Positions 58,542 to 64,000 of a stretch of DNA of 64,000 nt are shown here, piece after piece. Position numbers and translations under genes: made by a program. The stretch lies in the NCBI GenBank assembly GCA_002269645.1, contig NIVC01003425.1, positions 91,208 through 155,207 of the forward strand. The letters are read 5' to 3'. Source of the stretch: Macrostomum lignano (Eukaryota). The notes below the pieces were generated by a model, which had not been told where the DNA came from, made no database searches, and saw only the letters and a list, made by a program, of their open reading frames with translations. Within the stretch, counting starts at the first letter, position 1. Every line of letters begins with the position of its first letter.

Positions 58542-60280
58542 ATATGTAGCTTAAAGCCAACCACCAGGGCATGGGGAATAGTGGGTTTTAGGGTGGGGAG
58601 ATGAGATTCTTCATGAAGATTGATTTTATCAACATAAACTTTAATAAAGGCATGGAGACCTATTAAAGATTGTGTTGATTTATTTCAATCCTAATAGAAG
58701 AGGGGTTATAGCTTAAAACCAACCACCAGGGCATGGGGAATGGGGGGTTTCAGGATGGGGAGATTCTTCATGAGGATTGATTATATAAACACCATACTCC
58801 GGAAGGTGACTGGTATGCCGGAGATTTCCGGCGTACCAAATGAGTTTTCCGAAAAATTGGCGTACCACCATTGGCGTGCTACCAATTCGAAAAAGCATTT
58901 GGCATACCACCTTTGGCGTACCACCAAGCTAAAGTTGAATTGGCGTACCACTTTTAGCGTACCATTGGCACCACCAGGCAAAAAAATCATTGTCAGAGTA
59001 AAAACTTTTTGTAATTTTGCGTAAATTACAACATACAAGATATGACTACATCACACAACAATGTATTTTACGTAAAAATTGCATATATTTTTTCCTGCAT
59101 TGTATAACTTGATTAATCATTTTACAAATATATTAATAAAATAATTTAGCCTAGTATTATTGGTAAATAAATTTCTGAGCACTGATTATATCTGTTATTT
59201 TTTAATAATTGTTAAAGTTTGTCCGCCATATTTTTACCGTTTTCAAAGTCAAAATGTTTATTATTTCTTTCATACTAACATTAACAGATAAACAGATTTT
59301 TAGTGCCGCAACGTTATACACTAAGGGACCCCCACGTCTTTCTTTTGGCATACCACTGGCGTACCACTTGGAATCCTCCTTTTTCCTTCCAGCGTACCAC
59401 ATTACACTATCCGGACTATGGTATAAACATAAACTTTAATAGAGGCATGGAGACCTATTGAAGATTGTGTTGATTTATTCCAATCCTAATAAAGGGAACG
59501 GTTGTAGCTTAAAGCCAACCACCGGGGCATGGGGAATGGGGGGTTTTAGGGTGGGGAGATTCTTCATGAGGATTGATTTTATCAACATAAACTTCAATAG
59601 GGGCATGTAGACCTATTCAAGATTACGTTGATAAATTCCAGTCCTAATTAGCAGGGCTTTTGAACGTGTGCAACTTTTTACCATACGGTTTTTCCCGCCA
59701 TTAAAACCGCATTGTAATGTACAATACATAACAACACGTTTTCAATGCGGGATTCAATTTTTTCAATTCAAGTTTTTGATGGTGCTGATTTCAAATTTGA
59801 GATCCATTTTTTGGTAGCTTTAACCCAATTATATGTAGCTTGAAACCAACCACCGGGGCATGGGAATAGGGGGTTTTAGGGTGGGGAGATTCTTCATGGG
59901 GATTGATTTTATCAACATAAACTTGAATAGAGGCATGGAGACCTATTCAAGATTGTGTTGATTTATTCCCATCCTAATGGGGGGTCGTAGCTTAAAACCG
60001 ACCACCAGAGCATGGGGAATGGGGGTTATAGGGTGGGGAGATTCTTCATGGGGATTTATTTTATCAACATAAACTTGAATAAAGGCATGGAGACCTATTT
60101 AAGACTGTGTTGATTCATTCCCATCCTAATAGGGGGGGGGGTCTTGGCTTAAAGCCAACCACCGGGGCTTGGGGAATGGGGGGTTTTAGGGTGGGGAGAT
60201 TCTTCATGGGGATTGATTTTATCAACATAAACTTTAAAAGAGACATGGAGACCTACTCAAGAATGTGTTGATGAATTCCG
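58542..60280. repeat. ~150-165-bp tandem repeat, interrupted by a MITE and a non-repeat segment
   Basis: Recurring gtagcttaaagccaaccaccggggcatggggaatgg...gagattcttcatg...ggagacctattcaagattgtgttg units. Confidence 0.85.
58791..59422. mobile_element. Unclassified MITE, 632 bp, 6-bp TSD
   Basis: Imperfect TIRs ACCATACTCCGGAAGGTG / ACCATAGTCCGGATAGTG; TSD ATAAAC (58785-58790 / 59423-59428); internal ggcgtaccac repeats. Removing it restores the satellite unit. Confidence 0.7.
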
Positions 60281-61080
60281 CCATATTACAACAAATAGCA
60301 TATATGAAAAAGACTTGAATGAAACACTCACCTTCATTAAATGCATCTTCTATGTTGATCCTCAATTGACAAATTGGACAAACGGACACCGGGGTTCAAT
60401 AAATAGCTTAGTGTATAGATAACTTATAGTCTTGTACGGTTACTGGCTGGGAGTTGACAGGTGCGAAATGCGAATGTTGGAAGGTAGCTTTGGCTAGGTG
60501 TAAGTGAAAGTGTGCAAGTGCAAAAAATCAAGCGGGTTGTGACGTGGCAGTTTTTAAAAAATGAACAGTGACACCTAATGGCCCACGGCTAGCCATGAAA
60601 TCCACTAGTCAAAAATTCTCGGCTTAGCCGGTGGATCCACCGTGGACCCACGCCCGGCTAGCCGTAATGGCCGTGGACTTGTGATTTTTTATTGCCCCGT
60701 GCGCTACTCCGTACTAGGTAGAGTAGAGCATAATGAATATGGCAAATTCAGTGTACTGTGTACAAAAATACCGATTGCTGAGGAAGGACTAAAGGCATGA
60801 GCAAAAATGGTGAATAATTGTATTCCGCTTGGCTAATTATGAAATAAAGCATAAACCGTAATAAAAAGTACTTTGTATTTCTAATACAATACAATAAATT
60901 TAATAAAATTTATATTGTTATTGATTCTTGTATTGTAATAAAAAATTAATAACAATGTTAATCATTGGTCGATACAAGACTTTGGACAGTATAAAAATGG
61001 GACTGCACTTTTTAGACACACTAGCAAATTTTAAATATAAAATATCGAGAAAAATTTCAAGAAAAAATTATTCCTTAAAA

Positions 61081-61140
61081 TGGACTCGAACCAGAGACCT
61101 ACCAAAAGCAAAGTAGGCGCCCTAACCACTAGGCCTAGAG
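61081..61140 (-). pseudogene. Degenerate tRNA-like sequence
   Basis: Minus strand: aggcctagtggttagggcg (A-box-like), cctac/gtagg stem, GGTTCGAGTCC (B box). No acceptor stem. Confidence 0.35.
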
Positions 61141-63063
61141 ACACTTCCTAATCATACGTCAAATGCGCTATTATAAACCTATGAGAAACCTATAGTAAGG
61201 CGTAAGCAGGCTAAAATTGGGATTGGGACATATTATTGGGACTGCCAGAGCACAAAAAAGCGCAAAGTACAATAACATAATTTCTTTCTAGACCTAAAAA
61301 GGGAATCTTGTTCTCTAATTATTTCTAATTAAGTTATTCTTTGCTCCACAAATGATGCTACATTTATGCATTTAATAATGCAATAGAATATTGCTATTAA
61401 ATAGAGAAACTTTAACTTAAAAAGCATAGGTCGCCTAATGTCATACATAAGCATAACCTCTATAAAATTATTTTCCGATTTGAAGTCTGGTTACGCAATC
61501 CAGTTACAACAAAGCAAAATGTAATTTTTAGACTTCAAATTTCAGAAGTCTGTAAAAGTAGCTCAAGACAAAATTTAAGCTTTTAGTAATGCAAAATATC
61601 CTCATTTTCTGGTTAGGGTAAAAAGTTTGAATAGAAAACTTAAAGGTTTTTCGCTGTGCAAAGTAGCTCGATCGTTCAATCTTGTTTGTTCGCTTCGCTC
61701 ATACTATTCATACATTCTTTTATCGTAACTAGCTATAATTATTTGCTAAGCAGATTAACTTAAATTGCAAATTTGTATTACAAACAATTCAAAGCACTCA
61801 TTCGCACTATTACTAGAAAAAAACTTTCTTTGAATTCACTATTCATCTTTTGTGCCTGTGATTGTTAACTACTAACTAGGCCTACTACTATCCTACTACT
61901 AAGCTTAATTCTAAGTAAAATAAGCAGGTAAGGACGAGCCTGTACAATATGTGGCAGGGGTACTATCACTATATGACAGATTGACAGGGTCAGTATCACA
62001 AAAATTACTCTAAATAATTTTAGCAGTTCTTATTGTTCCAGTGACCATAGGCCTATAAATAACAAAATGGTTATTTTTATGGTTAACACATAAAACCATA
62101 TGTTTTATGTGTGGTTTTAAAATTTGTTTTAGGCTGCTGCTGCTGCTGTTGCTTCTTCTGCTGCTGCTGTTGCCTTTGCTGCTGCTGTTGCGGCTGTTGC
62201 GGCTGCTGCTTTTTTTTCTTCTGATTTTTCAGGTCGACAGAATTTTTGCGCTTAGGCATCTGAAATACATGATATATAGGGTACTGTAGAGGATATTATA
62301 AGTACCGCTTAATTTTAAGAAAAGGTTATGTGGCGCTAGTGGTGAAACACAGCAGAAAAATACCTAGCCTATTCACAAGTATTATTCAATTACACGAATC
62401 CTTATCATGTTTTCTATGGGAGGGAAGGGCTCAGGAGATTGAGTGAATGCTTGCTATTGAAGAAAGCCGATTTCAGGGGTGCTTGCTATTGGGAGGAGGC
62501 GCAGTGAATGCTTACTATCAGGAGACGATTCCAATTATTGCTTCCTTATTGCATCTTTAAATTAAATTTAAGCATTCTGAGGGGCAAATTTAGTGATGGT
62601 TCCAAGATTGTTAAGCTGACCTGCATTTTCAGTTCATAAATACGCACAGATACTAGTTTGCGAAAGAAAAGAGAAAGAAAATTAACACGGGCAACGAGAC
62701 GTTGATCAATATCGGCTAATATTGTTATATCAATCACTTCATGATATATTTCAATTCATTATGTCATAATTTTTAAAGTTCTGTATCTCTGCTGTCATAA
62801 TATAACGCAAAAGCGAGGCAGAAACGGAATAAAAAAGGGAAAAAAGTACGAAGGACTACGGACGAGCAGTACGAAAGATTGGGGGGGGGCATGGTGAGCA
62901 AGAGCAATAGACGGCAAGATGCGTAGAACAATGAAGGGTAAAACAGATTGACAGAAATTACGTAGGGTTCGTGACGTCTTGGCCAGTGCACAATAGAATG
63001 CACTGTTCACTTTCACGCCGGCGATGAGGCGCGTCACGTTCGTGAAAGAAAATTAATGTAAAC

Positions 63064-64000
63064 AATGAGGACATAGCCACTTACAGCAGGAGGCTGAAGC
63101 AGCTGTCCGAAGCTTGCAAATTTACCGATTCGGCAGACCGGCTCAGAGATCAGTTTATCTTTGGACTCCAGAGTAAAGAGATTCTGCGGAAGCTACTGTC
63201 TGAGAAAATCGAAGACCTGACGTGGGACAAGGTAACGGCGGTAGCTGCGGCTTGCGAAGCGGTCCAGCGTGGGGAGAAAGACATGACCGGCTTGAATGTA
63301 CTGCAGATGCGTCAGACAAGTGGTCGACCGCAAAAAGGCAGCGAAGCCGGAAGGAAACGTTCACAAAAACCCACGAGTGAGGACAAGAACGCCAAGCAGG
63401 TCACTTGCTACTGCTGTGGGAAACCTGGTCATCTAAAGAGTGAATGCGATTCAAATTCTTGAAGTGTGATAGCTGCGGAAAATTGGGTCACCTGAGATCT
63501 GTCTGCAGAGCTTCGAAGACAAAGGCCGAAAGACACCGAGAGTCTTCAAGGGTTCGACTAGTGCTGCAATCACCATCAATGGAGAAGTGTGAAGAGGATC
63601 AATGCGACAAGATATTCTCCATGACAACCAGCAAGCAGAGAATTTTGCACACAGTGAGTATTAACGGCACAAGTGTTGAAATGGTGTTTGATACGGGTGC
63701 GGATGCCTCATTGGTAATCCAAACACTCATTCGAACAACTGTCACAGAGGACAGATGTTATGCCAGCCGACAGAACATTTAAGGACTATCAGGGCTGTGC
63801 AGTCCCGCTGTTTGGTAAGTCGATCGTCACAGTGCAGTTCAACGGCATCACAACACAGCTTCCTATCTTCATCGTGGATCGGCCAGGAGCTCCGAACATC
63901 TATGGGCTTGAGTGGATGCACGCCCTTGAGCCGCACCTGAATATTTACCAGGTAACGCATTTTCGAAGCACATCTAGTTTTAAAGGACGAAGCCAGACCC
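63064..64000 (+). mobile_element. Ty3/Gypsy gag-protease fragment (frameshifted, runs off the window)
   Basis: EDIATYSRRLKQLSEACKF..RLRDQFIFGLQSKEILRKLL; two CCHC knuckles (CYCCGKPGHLKSEC, CDSCGKLGHLRSVC); protease MVFDTGADASL. 5' part of gag and LTR not recognised. Confidence 0.85.

Noticed and set aside
62107-62289. Poly-Leu ORF and antisense MPKRK...poly-Ala short ORF
   Set aside because: Explained by a (CTG)n microsatellite; no supporting exon structure.

Overview
This is repeat-rich metazoan genomic DNA with spliceosomal introns and no prokaryotic features. The WSC/PAN gene, polyQ TRAF-like gene and many minisatellites suggest a flatworm such as Macrostomum (inference). Host content is small: a TRAF6-like RING/zinc-finger gene lacking the MATH domain (~99-2407), a secreted WSC+PAN gene (18002-17202) and a kinase fragment. 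The rest is tandem repeats and nested mobile elements whose ends and target-site duplications (TSDs) can be read directly. Nest 1: a CMC/EnSpm-type transposon (24199-39966, 2-bp TSD) with a transposase and a BEN-domain gene. The BEN gene is split by an 8,812-bp Polinton-like element (26153-34964, ~640-bp TIRs, 6-bp TSD). That element encodes only a six-intron protein-primed DNA polymerase B, a divergent tandem-PC4 ssDNA-binding-like protein and a candidate Pol III tRNA-like RNA; I see no integrase, capsid, ATPase or maturation protease. Nest 2: a Sola2-type element (41792-58537, 4-bp TSD) holding two related 7-bp-TSD hAT-like elements with a Spindlin-type Tudor domain. One of these carries a tRNA-SINE, the other an intact long-TIR mariner. 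Also present are a solo LTR, two MITEs, a second SINE copy and a Gypsy gag-protease fragment. The best candidate for an undescribed system is the minimal, intron-containing, integrase- and capsid-less pPolB+PC4 element. Family assignments come from motif recognition by eye; no database search was run.
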